IMG/VR virus record: IMGVR_UViG_3300032331_001429
Location: 1 to 56,894 of that record
From: a virus
Taxonomy: Duplodnaviria > Caudoviricetes
Length of the DNA stretch: 56,894 nt
Direction: 5' to 3' (one strand)
The translations under genes and the position numbers were made by a program. Shown here one piece after another: positions 20,501 through 29,196 of this stretch. Within the stretch, counting starts at the first letter, position 1. Each line of letters starts with the position of its first letter. Below the pieces are notes generated by a model that ran no database searches, had not been told where the DNA came from, and worked only from the letters and a program-made list of their open reading frames with translations.

Positions 20501-21899
20501 CTTCTGGTCTTATATAAGTTCTTTCTCCAGCCAGAAGTTTCTGCCTTATTCTTGCTGCGCCAGTATTTTTAACTAAGGAAAATTTAGGACTTAGATCAAA
20601 TATTGTCAATAATTTTTCATACCAAGGTAAGTCTTTAAAGTCTGTACCAGCTCCTACAGCTTTTCCGGCCTTAACAGATTTTTGAATTAACTCTGGAGCT
20701 TCTGCTCCTACAGCTTGATCAACAAATGTAGATATATAATCCTGTTTACCAGTTTCTACAGAAACAAGTTGAGCTTCTCCTTTAATTAAAGCTCTAGTTC
20801 TTTTTATTGGATTTATAAAAGCTAGATCAAAAAATGATCTTCTAGAAGAAAAACTAGTACCAACTCCGGTAAGTTTTTCAAATTTACTTACAAGTTGCCC
20901 TACTGCACTAGTCCTTTGTTTTACATCTAATTGTAATCTATCTTCCCTAGCTGCTCTTATCGGTTCTAAACGATCTCCAATTCTTCTTAATTTTTGTCCA
21001 GTCTGAAGTACTTGTTCTTCTATTACATCTCCACTAACCTTACTATAGCCAAGTACATTCCCTCCAATAAAATACCTAGGACCACTGAATGAGTCGGTAC
21101 CACCTAGGACTGCTACAGCTCTTTTTTCTCCAAACAAAGATTGAAATACATTAAATTGTCCAAATAGATCTACCTTAGGAACAAGACCAAAATTATAGTT
21201 CTTGTCCTGCACAGACTTCATAAACACACTTCTGAGTCTTGTGTCTCTTATAGACCCAGATACAGTTGTGTAAATATTTTTATCTAATACAGTGGAGTGA
21301 GATACTAATCCTTCTTCTACTGCTTCAGTTAAAGTATTCCACTGATTCTTTCCTATAACGTTATACCATCTACTTTGATTGCTAAGAACTTCTCCAACGG
21401 TTGCTCTTTGAAGTTTATCTCCAAAAAAGCTTGTATGGTTACCGTAGTTTACATGGCGACGATTTACAAATTCTGTTAAACGTTCTTTAAGAGTATTTCT
21501 GACTTCTCCGGCAGCTGTGCCTCCCAGGATATCCATACTGCCAGAAAGATCTTGAATAAGATCTATAGGCCCTAACTGTAAAGTGTTTTTCTTTATATTG
21601 AATACACTGTTAAGTAGAGACTTTATACCAGACGCACCGCTAGCTGCTGTAGAAGCACCAGAGTTTGCTATCTTGTCGACTTCTGTATTTAGAGCAGTTG
21701 GATGCCCCAAGAAGTGCAACATGTTAGCATATATATTACCCTCTCTAGCTAACTGAGTTTTAAATATCTTAGCGCCTAGGGCAACAGCGCCTATACCTGC
21801 TGCCCAAGGTAATAACCAGCTAGAGTTATCCCTTTGCTGTTCAGCAATTTCTTGCTGACGCTTTTGAATAATATAGTTTGGTTCTTCTGGAGGGGGCAC
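17589..21899 (-). CDS. Tape-measure-like / DNA ejection protein
   Basis: 1436 aa (GTG start overlapping the upstream TAG) directly after the chaperone-like pair; several Gly/Ala-rich hydrophobic segments (WLLPWAAGIGAVALG, ALAGAGAVLALIGG, AISAGAVLGAGV). Confidence 0.6.
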   Translation of the reverse strand: MPPPEEPNYIIQKRQQEIAEQQRDNSSWLLPWAAGIGAVALGAKIFKTQLAREGNIYANMLHFLGHPTALNTEVDKIANSGASTAASGASGIKSLLNSVFNIKKNTLQLGPIDLIQDLSGSMDILGGTAAGEVRNTLKERLTEFVNRRHVNYGNHTSFFGDKLQRATVGEVLSNQSRWYNVIGKNQWNTLTEAVEEGLVSHSTVLDKNIYTTVSGSIRDTRLRSVFMKSVQDKNYNFGLVPKVDLFGQFNVFQSLFGEKRAVAVLGGTDSFSGPRYFIGGNVLGYSKVSGDVIEEQVLQTGQKLRRIGDRLEPIRAAREDRLQLDVKQRTSAVGQLVSKFEKLTGVGTSFSSRRSFFDLAFINPIKRTRALIKGEAQLVSVETGKQDYISTFVDQAVGAEAPELIQKSVKAGKAVGAGTDFKDLPWYEKLLTIFDLSPKFSLVKNTGAARIRQKLLAGERTYIRPEEYFTAPVGSGGYTIKRSPLDEAYRSKPSVEKPLFYAAPESRLIPGITSTKDLTSYLAFRTSHLASATLAGISYAPAKSLVGNLTRLAAVPIIYGAAAEAIDYADYVSESITGISPKKTLASIYAGLRIAQQSARSAVGVQQGLKALEENYPGSVDSGLGFVLRNIAAPVATFAKLAKSTTIGKALAGAGAVLALIGGESPGQSPGELIEEYSGERKVPIRKGRFWFMGNTPMEGGEISRYDYSWYHKLMSDYRYRSTYGSKDEYYTYHSNVFGIPFPTPSNLGGLLNIFNPYRLEEINKGTRPYEVTGPMFENVPVFGPILGSTIGKLIKPTIERPPEKYLSNQGVLPEGLDPSTARDLGIPEINSTAPSYDDPIARLQKMANIATEPLGVYKFAMEFFGVKFTPSFQERADSSMLDSPARRLYAMQLGGAFGQTEFLRRFMLSDYGITANTASMVNRTRNTMPSFLPGKGSEFERDKSYFIDFSSGDPFLKIEDAESRLPGPGYEALNKLHSGRPGEYDVVDKFLILADVAPYSQAFKTYKKQVQGMQLDPYYQAKVERALDYKKGMTSIENRYPRHIDSLININNELGSNPIYDVTRGLYDFVTHDILAEVPWLGSKLAPFRDPYEKYRKQYVEGSEFPSWFHPYEDIVRPAITDTALSNPIIGAVKGAGIAFMMSGPLRFMNPLANAAGGLHSALNLPAISAGAVLGAGVSTARIMGGLPSNYVPEHVQAESDAVEYLDKLTYLKNRSLENYTLSAGMPGLSSQFKKMQGKTMVGATNPMTIRASLPRSSDKRYFDIFAQTPEENRQELVEGLPAYMGYALNRYWSGGKNRQATADQEVAEYFSEREIPSSDWLGWHPSVDTPSMKLKMIQHGLNGISDNYHRFGFYESHERTLNQIYPDLAEQSVTFTAPPNYSSLNNFYQTVGQNIAQGLGASTMNGTSHGARFTTRIQMDRSSEVKNNYRREYR

Positions 21900-22537
21900 T
21901 AGAGAGCTCTAAACATTTTATTGTCCGCGTCAAAGTCTGGCTTATCAGCAGCTTCTCTTGATAGTATTGCTGCAGCTTCTGGAGACATTTGCTTTTTTCT
22001 TCCTTTCTTGTCTGTAGAAGTAGTCGGAGTCTGAATCTCTAATTTTCTTCCTAGAGTAGACTCAGCTAACACCAGGTATTTACTTTGCTCTCTAGCGGTT
22101 ATTCTTTTGTGCTCTTTACCCAATATATTGCCAGTACCAGCTAATATAGTATTTTCTATTAACCCCTTGTCCGTGCCTATTTTAGCTCTTTCTTCCTCTA
22201 AACTTTTGTTAATGACCTGGATATCCCCAGGAGAAGATAAGAGCAATACAGACGAAGATAGAGCTTCTACAGCCCCTGCTGGGGCGTCATTTAGAAGATA
22301 ATCTTTACCACAGGTAGATAATAATAAAGCTTTAGCTATTATCCACTCGTCAATAATATACTCAGGGATAGTTTCTGATAAGGAAGCTATGGAGTCTAAT
22401 TCAGAAAGATATAAAGGTCTAAATACAAACTTGTCTCCAAATAGCTCATATAAAAAAAGCTGCTCAACCCTCTCGCGAAGATCGAGCAGCAAAAAACTGA
22501 ATTGTTCGGAGGTTATCCTAGATGCGTTAGAGTCCAC
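21899..22537 (-). CDS. Tail assembly chaperone-like protein 2
   Basis: 212 aa; shares FRPL..E and PAG....LS motifs with the upstream 122-aa ORF; sits between tube genes and tape-measure-like gene. Confidence 0.55.
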   Translation of the reverse strand: MDSNASRITSEQFSFLLLDLRERVEQLFLYELFGDKFVFRPLYLSELDSIASLSETIPEYIIDEWIIAKALLLSTCGKDYLLNDAPAGAVEALSSSVLLLSSPGDIQVINKSLEEERAKIGTDKGLIENTILAGTGNILGKEHKRITAREQSKYLVLAESTLGRKLEIQTPTTSTDKKGRKKQMSPEAAAILSREAADKPDFDADNKMFRAL

Positions 22538-22540
22538 ATC

Positions 22541-22909
22541 TCATAGTTCCTGAGGTTCTACTTCATCACCGAAGCCTGAGGCTTCCATTATAAGCTCAGA
22601 GAGCGAAGGTATAATACCAGCAGGTAAGGTAGCCAGGTCAAGCTGACTTCCTACCTTTGGATGAAGTACTGCGCGCAGGAATAGTTCCTCTTCTCCCTCC
22701 TCTTTCAGGAGGCTGAGTTGCGTATCTGCTGTTTCTTGTGAACTAGCCTTCCTGATAGCCTCAGTTTTGTCCGCCATCTTTTTCTGGATGTCACGGAATT
22801 CTTTTCTTGTTAAGCTTCTATAGATACACTCAATACCGGCCACCTTAGCCTTAAAGACTCTGTGTCCGTTTGCCTTTGCTGTATCAATTATTGATTGTGT
22901 GTCACTCAT
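22541..22909 (-). CDS. Tail assembly chaperone-like protein 1
   Basis: 122 aa; IYRSLTRKEF...LPAGIIPSLSELIMEASGF; canonical chaperone position. Confidence 0.6.
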   Translation of the reverse strand: MSDTQSIIDTAKANGHRVFKAKVAGIECIYRSLTRKEFRDIQKKMADKTEAIRKASSQETADTQLSLLKEEGEEELFLRAVLHPKVGSQLDLATLPAGIIPSLSELIMEASGFGDEVEPQEL

Positions 22910-22910
22910 A

Positions 22911-23633
22911 TTATTTAATTAACTTTATTTCTCTATTTTGTGCAATAAATTCATAGATCTCATACAGAGGTTCAGAACTACCTTCTGCCCCTGCTTGAGA
23001 AATATTTTGAGATACTTCAGTAAAGTGTACGTTGTTAAACCTTACAAACCAAGTAGAAAGGTCAGGATCTTGATAATATATGTCTATCTGATTCCCTACT
23101 GTAGAACTAGAATCTACAATCAAAGGACTTGGAAAACTTCTTGCTGCAATAAGTTCTGGCTGAGAAGATCTTGCACTATCTATAAATAACTTATTTAATG
23201 CATTTTTAGTAGCATCTTTTGTAGACTTATTTGAAATTAAGCTAGCAATGTATTCTGCTCTAGCTAGTTTGCTGTCTAAGGTGCTGTTTGCAGGTAATTC
23301 ATATTTTAATGTATTAAATAAATTTGCTTGATGCTGTTTTTCGGTAGATGGTCCAATATTAAAATTGTAATTATACAATTTAGGTTCATATACATCCTGC
23401 CGGGAAACTAGCACGCTGTTTAGATAACCTGGAAATGTAAAGTTAATAACAAATATACCTTGTACAATTCCTTTTCCTCTTACAGCTTTTGAAAATTCAA
23501 AATCATTATATCCATAAATAGGCACCTTAGGTATTGATTCTTTATAGTTAAATCCATAAGCCTGTTCAACATGGTAACCATTTATAAAAGCAGCTACAGT
23601 AGAAGCCGTCGAATAGATGTAGGTTTCTGTCAT
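22911..23633 (-). CDS. Tail tube-like paralog (tube initiator/baseplate-proximal ring)
   Basis: 240 aa; KVPIYGY...AVRGKGIVQGIFVINF and C-terminal YEFIA align by eye with the tail tube motifs KAPIYTMG...SRGKRGIAGSIVF and CTFIA. Confidence 0.6.
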   Translation of the reverse strand: MTETYIYSTASTVAAFINGYHVEQAYGFNYKESIPKVPIYGYNDFEFSKAVRGKGIVQGIFVINFTFPGYLNSVLVSRQDVYEPKLYNYNFNIGPSTEKQHQANLFNTLKYELPANSTLDSKLARAEYIASLISNKSTKDATKNALNKLFIDSARSSQPELIAARSFPSPLIVDSSSTVGNQIDIYYQDPDLSTWFVRFNNVHFTEVSQNISQAGAEGSSEPLYEIYEFIAQNREIKLIK

Positions 23634-23642
23634 AGTACTGCT

Positions 23643-24581
23643 TTAAAAATCTGGTACTAGTCCCTGCTCTCTCAGTATCTGCCTGCGCCGTTCTAGATCT
23701 TGTTCTTGTTGATCTTTTCTTAAACTATATGCTCTTCCTACTTGTATAGACTCTTCAACAGTTTTAAACAGATCTCTTTCTACTCTTGCTGTTATCGCGT
23801 TTTGCTGTATACTTACTAGTTTATTGTAGGCTGCGCCCATGCTATCTTCTACTAATTTACTTAAACTACTAAATGCAGCCTTAGCGCCTAACTCTCCATA
23901 TCTAATTGCTTGTTTAGTAATATTTTGGTAAGAACTCCCAGCTGTCAGTGGCATGACATCCGTTGCTACATAAGTATATGTAGTTTCTGTATATAAGTCA
24001 TCTACGCTATATGTAGTTCCGTAATTAGTTATGGTTATTCCATGTATTATTTGAGATGCAACAGCACCTGCTTCAGTACAAGCTGTAATGACTATAGAAA
24101 AAGGAGGAAGCTGGTCTGCGACTAGTGAAGTTGTAGCATTAGCAAAACTTTCTCCTATGCCAACATCTACTACATCATTAAAAGGATCTTTTTTAATTGT
24201 TGCAAACACAAGACTTCCAGCAAAAGTTCTTGCTCCTCTAGTGTACCCTATAGGACTAGATCTTCCAAATACTCTTATAGGAGAAACTGATCTAGTAGAA
24301 GAAATAGATATAGTTTGTAGATCTGCAAATATTTTAAACTTACGAGAATCTTCTCCTACCAAGGATCCTTTAGTAAGAAGTGGTAAGTATATAGCTGCTT
24401 TGATGTCGGGACCGGCAAACGTCTGGTACTCTTCGTACTTGCTCCATCTAGCAGAAGCATCTTTTTGATATCTCTTAGCCTGTAAATCAGTTATCTCATT
24501 GGCTAATGTATTAGCATAGTTTTTATAATAGTAAGGACTAGCTTTATAATGAGCTGGATTAGGTGATTGAAAACTAGTCAT
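23643..24581 (-). CDS. Tail tube-like paralog
   Basis: 312 aa; FAGPDI, LQTISIS, RGARTFAGSLVF, DQLPPFSIVITA, YSVDDLYTE clearly parallel the motifs of 24651-25337. Confidence 0.7.
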   Translation of the reverse strand: MTSFQSPNPAHYKASPYYYKNYANTLANEITDLQAKRYQKDASARWSKYEEYQTFAGPDIKAAIYLPLLTKGSLVGEDSRKFKIFADLQTISISSTRSVSPIRVFGRSSPIGYTRGARTFAGSLVFATIKKDPFNDVVDVGIGESFANATTSLVADQLPPFSIVITACTEAGAVASQIIHGITITNYGTTYSVDDLYTETTYTYVATDVMPLTAGSSYQNITKQAIRYGELGAKAAFSSLSKLVEDSMGAAYNKLVSIQQNAITARVERDLFKTVEESIQVGRAYSLRKDQQEQDLERRRQILREQGLVPDF

Positions 24582-24593
24582 AGCTACTCTCTT

Positions 24594-24633
24594 AAATGGA
24601 AATGGAGGAACGGACTGTTGCCCGCCCCTCCAT
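24594..24633 (-). terminator. Stem-loop after tail tube gene (probable weak/partial intrinsic terminator)
   Basis: Minus strand AUGGAGGGGCGGGC-AACA-GUCCGUUCCUCCAU (14-bp stem with G-U pairs) followed by an interrupted U tract (UUCCAUUU). Confidence 0.6.
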
Positions 24634-24650
24634 ACTACGTGTCAGAAATA

Positions 24651-25337
24651 TTAGCCAGCAACGAATGCAGCCGACTTACCATCGCTGTTGACCTGGACGA
24701 ATCCTTGGTTACTCCAAGGAGTTATTGCAGTAGCAATAAATGTGCAGGCCTCATCTGTGGTTATGTCGTCGATAGACATTGACGATCCGACGTTCATAAC
24801 TTCAACGCCGTGGATCATCATTCTGGCCACCGAGCCGTACTCGTTAGATGCAGTCAACACAATGTCGAAGGGCAGAACTTGATCCAAGTAGTTAGGTTGG
24901 GCAAGGACCTTATCAAGAGCAATTCTTGATACGGTAGGCGATGCCGAACCAACTGCTGGACCTATAATGCCAGGAAGGACTTCGATAGTATTGATATTGA
25001 CGTCAGCAATCTCAAATCCTTGAGGAATCGAGTAACGGTTAGCTATATATGGTCTATCCTTCATCACCTCTAAGAGTGACGATCTATCAAACACGGTGAA
25101 GACTATAGAGCCAGCAATACCTCTCTTTCCACGGGAGAAGGATCTAGGATCCGCGTCTCCCATGGTGTAGATTGGAGCTTTCTCTCTCTGCACTGTGTAG
25201 GATATGCCCTGAAGTTCTCCTATAATCTTTCCTCCGAAAGTGGCGACCATGTCGACACCGGAGAAGCTATTATAGGTTTTAGAGAACGATGAGCCTGACT
25301 TTTGTGAGCCAGATGGTGATACGCCTTTAGTCGCCAT
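24651..25337 (-). CDS. Major tail tube protein
   Basis: 228 aa directly after the sheath; strong SD (TAAGGAGG); SFSGVDM...ELQGISY...PRSFSRGKRGIAGS...DQVLPFDI; high-expression codon bias. Confidence 0.8.
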   Translation of the reverse strand: MATKGVSPSGSQKSGSSFSKTYNSFSGVDMVATFGGKIIGELQGISYTVQREKAPIYTMGDADPRSFSRGKRGIAGSIVFTVFDRSSLLEVMKDRPYIANRYSIPQGFEIADVNINTIEVLPGIIGPAVGSASPTVSRIALDKVLAQPNYLDQVLPFDIVLTASNEYGSVARMMIHGVEVMNVGSSMSIDDITTDEACTFIATAITPWSNQGFVQVNSDGKSAAFVAG

Positions 25338-25351
25338 TTTGCATTACCTCC

Positions 25352-27031
25352 TTATAGTTCCTTACTTAAGGAAACTACTAGGTTAATTTCCTGTATCTCG
25401 AATGCTGGGACTAGCGTGAGGTTGATATCAAGCTGTCCTAACACTCTCTGATCTGGAGTAGAAGAAATAGAGAAGTCATAGGAGTTTAGTGCTCCCTGTC
25501 CCTTCATGGACAGCAGTAACTGATCTATTTCAGCATCCAGAGCGTTCATCTGAGGAGCGTTGTTTGGCTCTCCGATGTATTTGTCTCCGACTGCTCTGAT
25601 CAGGTCTGCAGCAGCCGCTACAATTCTCATTGTGGTCAGTCTGGTGTAGTCTGATCTGACGTACTTAGTAACATTAAAGGCGCCAGTGATGCCGCTTGCG
25701 ACAGTTAGGCCTTTTGTTCTAGAATACATTGTTACGTGACGCATACCCGTCATGTCGTTTGCTTGTCTAGCAGACAGCAATCTAAGCGCCGTCAAGCCAC
25801 CGATTTGCTTATTAGTAGTCGATGACTGAGGAGCAAGGCTTGCGATCTTACCAGCGTAGGCCGATGCACAAGAGCTGTTTCTGCTTGTGTTAGCAGGAGA
25901 AGCACCAACGCCAAGAGCCACGGTTCTTGTTAGTGTACCAACGGTTCTCAGAGGAGCACTAAAGACGCTTATGTAAGCACCAGCGTCAATCTTGTTTCCT
26001 CTTGCGTCAGTTACAAGATTATCATCACTGTCCTGCGCCTGCCATCTTCCGAAGTACTCTGTCTTAACACTTGTAGAGCTTGTGGCCGATGTATCCGACA
26101 ACATGTTGCCAGCTTGATCGGCTGCGCCATACAGCCAGTACAGGTAGCTTGTAGCGTAGTTTGAAGCGTTTGTAATGTTTACTTCAGACTTGGTAGAGTC
26201 ACCTGGGTAAGTGTGGTATGCCTGCCACTCATTTATGAGCGAAGCAGAAGGTACACCAAACTCTATACCTGCGGCGATGCTTGCTTTTATTGCGTCTGTG
26301 AATATAGTAGAGTTACCATAGTGACCAGTAAGCAAGTTTGTTTTTGGCAATCCACCTTCGACAAGGCCAAAGAGTGAAGTGATTTCTCCGCTATAGGTAG
26401 TATTCTTGCCCAGTTCTGCTCTGTTGTCAAATATCCATTGAGTTGGAGACTTGACCGAGATAACGCCTACCGCCGAGTTAGACTCGCTAGTAGAACGATA
26501 GCAGAAATCAGCAAGTTGCTTACCAAAGTTCCATGTCTCAGGACTATATTCAAAGCTTCCTGTGAATCTCTCGTCGATAGCGACGCCGACAGGTACAACA
26601 ACATCAAGGTCTCTATTTCTGAGAACTTCATAGGCACCTGACAAGTCAACATATCTTCCCGAGTGGTTTGTGCTTGGTTGGATGTAGCTATGCAAAGCTG
26701 CTCCGTTCAATATATTTATAACCATTACTTCAACGTTAGGAGCACCTGCGTTTATAGCTTCTTCTATGGCCAAGGCAAGCTCGCCAGGAACTCTGCCGTT
26801 TTCGCCATAAGTTCCTTCACCTACCGACCCAGGATAAATAGTTTTGGGTAGATCAAAGTAAAGTGTGTTCATTGCCTTTTCCACAGAAGCAACTGTGTAG
26901 GGCTCTCTTATTTTTATGTTTGGGTTAGAAGTTACTCCAAGCAGAGTAACCTTTGGACCAGCGGGCGGAGGTGCTATCTTTAGCCCTAGGTCGTTTAAAG
27001 TAACATTGATTCCTGGAAGGTAATCAGCCAT
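25352..27031 (-). CDS. Tail sheath protein
   Basis: 559 aa; N-terminal YLPGINVTLND and C-terminal YAGKIASL...STTNK...RLTTMRIV...YIGEPN...LDINLTLVPAFEIQEINLVVSL, typical of contractile sheath proteins. Confidence 0.9.
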   Translation of the reverse strand: MADYLPGINVTLNDLGLKIAPPPAGPKVTLLGVTSNPNIKIREPYTVASVEKAMNTLYFDLPKTIYPGSVGEGTYGENGRVPGELALAIEEAINAGAPNVEVMVINILNGAALHSYIQPSTNHSGRYVDLSGAYEVLRNRDLDVVVPVGVAIDERFTGSFEYSPETWNFGKQLADFCYRSTSESNSAVGVISVKSPTQWIFDNRAELGKNTTYSGEITSLFGLVEGGLPKTNLLTGHYGNSTIFTDAIKASIAAGIEFGVPSASLINEWQAYHTYPGDSTKSEVNITNASNYATSYLYWLYGAADQAGNMLSDTSATSSTSVKTEYFGRWQAQDSDDNLVTDARGNKIDAGAYISVFSAPLRTVGTLTRTVALGVGASPANTSRNSSCASAYAGKIASLAPQSSTTNKQIGGLTALRLLSARQANDMTGMRHVTMYSRTKGLTVASGITGAFNVTKYVRSDYTRLTTMRIVAAAADLIRAVGDKYIGEPNNAPQMNALDAEIDQLLLSMKGQGALNSYDFSISSTPDQRVLGQLDINLTLVPAFEIQEINLVVSLSKEL

Positions 27032-27041
27032 TTTTATTCTC

Positions 27042-28106
27042 CTATTGACGCAACTCTATACCACCAAATTGGTATTCGCCAGACCTGTAGAATAGTTCGC
27101 GGTACTCAGAATCGGTTAGCTCGCCAGTTACTAACTGATCGGCTATCCATCTAGGTGCATTGAACTTTCTATTTTTTACATCATTAAATTGCACGTCTAA
27201 GTTTATATCTATGTTTAGTATATCTCTACTGTAGACGGCTTCTAATTGCTCAGTCCTTAAATAGTACTGAGTGCCTCTAACTGAAAATGCCTGTCTCCAA
27301 GTCTTATCATATTGATCTTCTGATCTCTTAAAGAAGATAAGCTGACTAAGACCGTGCTGGATAAGGTTCCCAGTTTTTAGGCGCATGAATTGATCAAACC
27401 ATCTAATCAGTCTATCGCTGGTTCGCGGATCGTTAGACCAACTAGAAAATTCTACAATGTTATCAAAAAATTGTCCATAAATCTCAACAGTATGTCCCAT
27501 GACAAAGGGGTCTTTTACCGACTCTCTTAGTCTTGGTTTGTATTCCTTTTTGGAGTCAAAGACTCTTCCTAGGCTTCCGGGTTCCACGGATTTTACTGTC
27601 CAGGTTATGGTTGGAAATATAGGTGGAGGCTGTACTAACAGCTTCTCTAGGTTTGCTCCTACCAGATTTGGGATCTCATCTGGCATCTCGTGCCTGAACC
27701 TAATATATTTATCTTTAGCACTAAAATATTGAAGATGGTGAGAATGTTCTAGTGAAGGAGGATGTATAAGATCAAATTTTATAAGTCCTTCCCACAACCC
27801 GGTTTCTGGGTTTTTAATAATTTGGTCAACAGTATATACTTCACCAGTATTGGTATTTAATATTTTGTCGCCTTTAACAGGCTCAACAAACATAAATGGA
27901 AACAGTATAAGATTTTTATTAGTCTTATTAGGCACATAAGTCATTTGATGCCGAAGCATAAATAGACCTATATGTTCTATAGCATCTAATAAAGATAGAT
28001 TGCCTTCGTTCCGTGACTTTCTTCTTATTTCAAAACTTTGCAGATAAGAGTCAAAATATTGTATATAATTGTCACTAAACTCTGGGAGTTCATTGAGGTT
28101 CTGCAT
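27042..28106 (-). CDS. Tail completion / terminator-like neck protein
   Basis: Track ORF is 27042-28160; ATG at 28104-28106 (MQNLNE) preferred because it gives only a short overlap with the upstream gene and has AGGT upstream. Motifs PTITW...KEYKPRLRE...GQFFDNIVEF; position before the sheath. Confidence 0.55.
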   Translation of the reverse strand: MQNLNELPEFSDNYIQYFDSYLQSFEIRRKSRNEGNLSLLDAIEHIGLFMLRHQMTYVPNKTNKNLILFPFMFVEPVKGDKILNTNTGEVYTVDQIIKNPETGLWEGLIKFDLIHPPSLEHSHHLQYFSAKDKYIRFRHEMPDEIPNLVGANLEKLLVQPPPIFPTITWTVKSVEPGSLGRVFDSKKEYKPRLRESVKDPFVMGHTVEIYGQFFDNIVEFSSWSNDPRTSDRLIRWFDQFMRLKTGNLIQHGLSQLIFFKRSEDQYDKTWRQAFSVRGTQYYLRTEQLEAVYSRDILNIDINLDVQFNDVKNRKFNAPRWIADQLVTGELTDSEYRELFYRSGEYQFGGIELRQ

Positions 28107-28698
28107 TAGACCTATTACCTTTATATTCAAATTCCACGCCTTGTCCGGCAAACCTACCATCGTCCAGATTGCGTTCCTCTAGACTGCATCTCCAGTACTC
28201 TATTCTGCCGTTCTTTCCTCGTAGAGATAGTGAGTCTTGTACAGAAAACTCTCTCATGACTTTAAAAGGTTGCATTATTTTGCCAGTCTCTGACTCAATA
28301 TCTAATACCAAAACTTTATCAAATTTATTTACTGGCCTATCATGTTGAAGCACTAGATTGCGCCTTTGGGTAGATATATCTCCCGTAGAAGTTCTAAACT
28401 CAAATCCCATGGCGCTAAGCCACATATAGCCTTTTACTATGTAGTCTGTAAACAAGAATCCTATTCTGAAACATCTTTTGCATTGAGCAGTAGATTGATT
28501 AGTAGCCTGTTTGCAGGTGCATGGCTTACTAAAATCTATCTGACGTAATCCAAACCACTGAAATCCATTCTCCATCATTTCCCTCATAAAATTATCAAAG
28601 GAATCGTTGAGATCAATTTGAGTGGTCTGGATCTGTTCAAGCTGTTTCCTTATATCAAGGAAGTAAGTATCAATTGGATTTACTTCCTTGTTATGCAT
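28090..28698 (-). CDS. Head closure / neck protein with Zn-binding Cys motif
   Basis: 202 aa; PCTC...QCKRCFRIGF and C-terminal RGKNGRIEYW; position between adaptor and tail completion genes. Confidence 0.6.
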   Translation of the reverse strand: MHNKEVNPIDTYFLDIRKQLEQIQTTQIDLNDSFDNFMREMMENGFQWFGLRQIDFSKPCTCKQATNQSTAQCKRCFRIGFLFTDYIVKGYMWLSAMGFEFRTSTGDISTQRRNLVLQHDRPVNKFDKVLVLDIESETGKIMQPFKVMREFSVQDSLSLRGKNGRIEYWRCSLEERNLDDGRFAGQGVEFEYKGNRSNAEPQ

Positions 28699-28701
28699 CT
28701 A

Positions 28702-29190
28702 TCAAGACCAGTTTATGATACCTTCGTTATTCCAAACAATTTGGAACGTGCCCGCGCTTGACGATTGGTTGCCTCCGAAGTCGATAAATGCAACAAGGTA
28801 AGATAGGTTCTTTGAAGCAGTGTCGTTCATATTAGACAAATCTCCAAATTGATTGGTAGATCCAGATACATAGATAATTGCTCCTGAAGCAGTTATAGTG
28901 CTGCTCGTCCAGGAAACATCGTCAGCATCAAAGACGCCTTCCTTGTCTACAGTATCGGCAGTAACTGTTTTGTTGGTAAGTATCTTACCACCTTTAACAT
29001 ATCCGCCGCCTTCTGCAATCTCGTAAGCCTTTACGTCACCAGTTAGGAAGTGAGTATTTTGGGCGTTGCTTGAATTGATCTGAGCAGCGTAAGTCCCATC
29101 TACCAGCATCACTTTGATGGTGTGTCCGGTTAGATTGATTGCTCCAGAGAGAGCCGATGCCTTGTATTTTGTGTAAAGAAAACTTGCCAT
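28702..29190 (-). CDS. Small virion structural protein (collar/fibre-base type)
   Basis: 162 aa with a widespread phage motif set IKVML...GYVKGGKIL...FDADDVSW...TITASGAIIY...LVAFIDFG...GTFQIVWN..GI. Confidence 0.65.
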   Translation of the reverse strand: MASFLYTKYKASALSGAINLTGHTIKVMLVDGTYAAQINSSNAQNTHFLTGDVKAYEIAEGGGYVKGGKILTNKTVTADTVDKEGVFDADDVSWTSSTITASGAIIYVSGSTNQFGDLSNMNDTASKNLSYLVAFIDFGGNQSSSAGTFQIVWNNEGIINWS

Positions 29191-29196
29191 GATTTT

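Noticed and set aside
881-27031. Extracellular contractile injection system, tailocin or T6SS interpretation of the sheath/tube/baseplate genes
   Set aside because: Contiguous with terminase, portal, protease and capsid genes, so it is a complete phage morphogenesis module.
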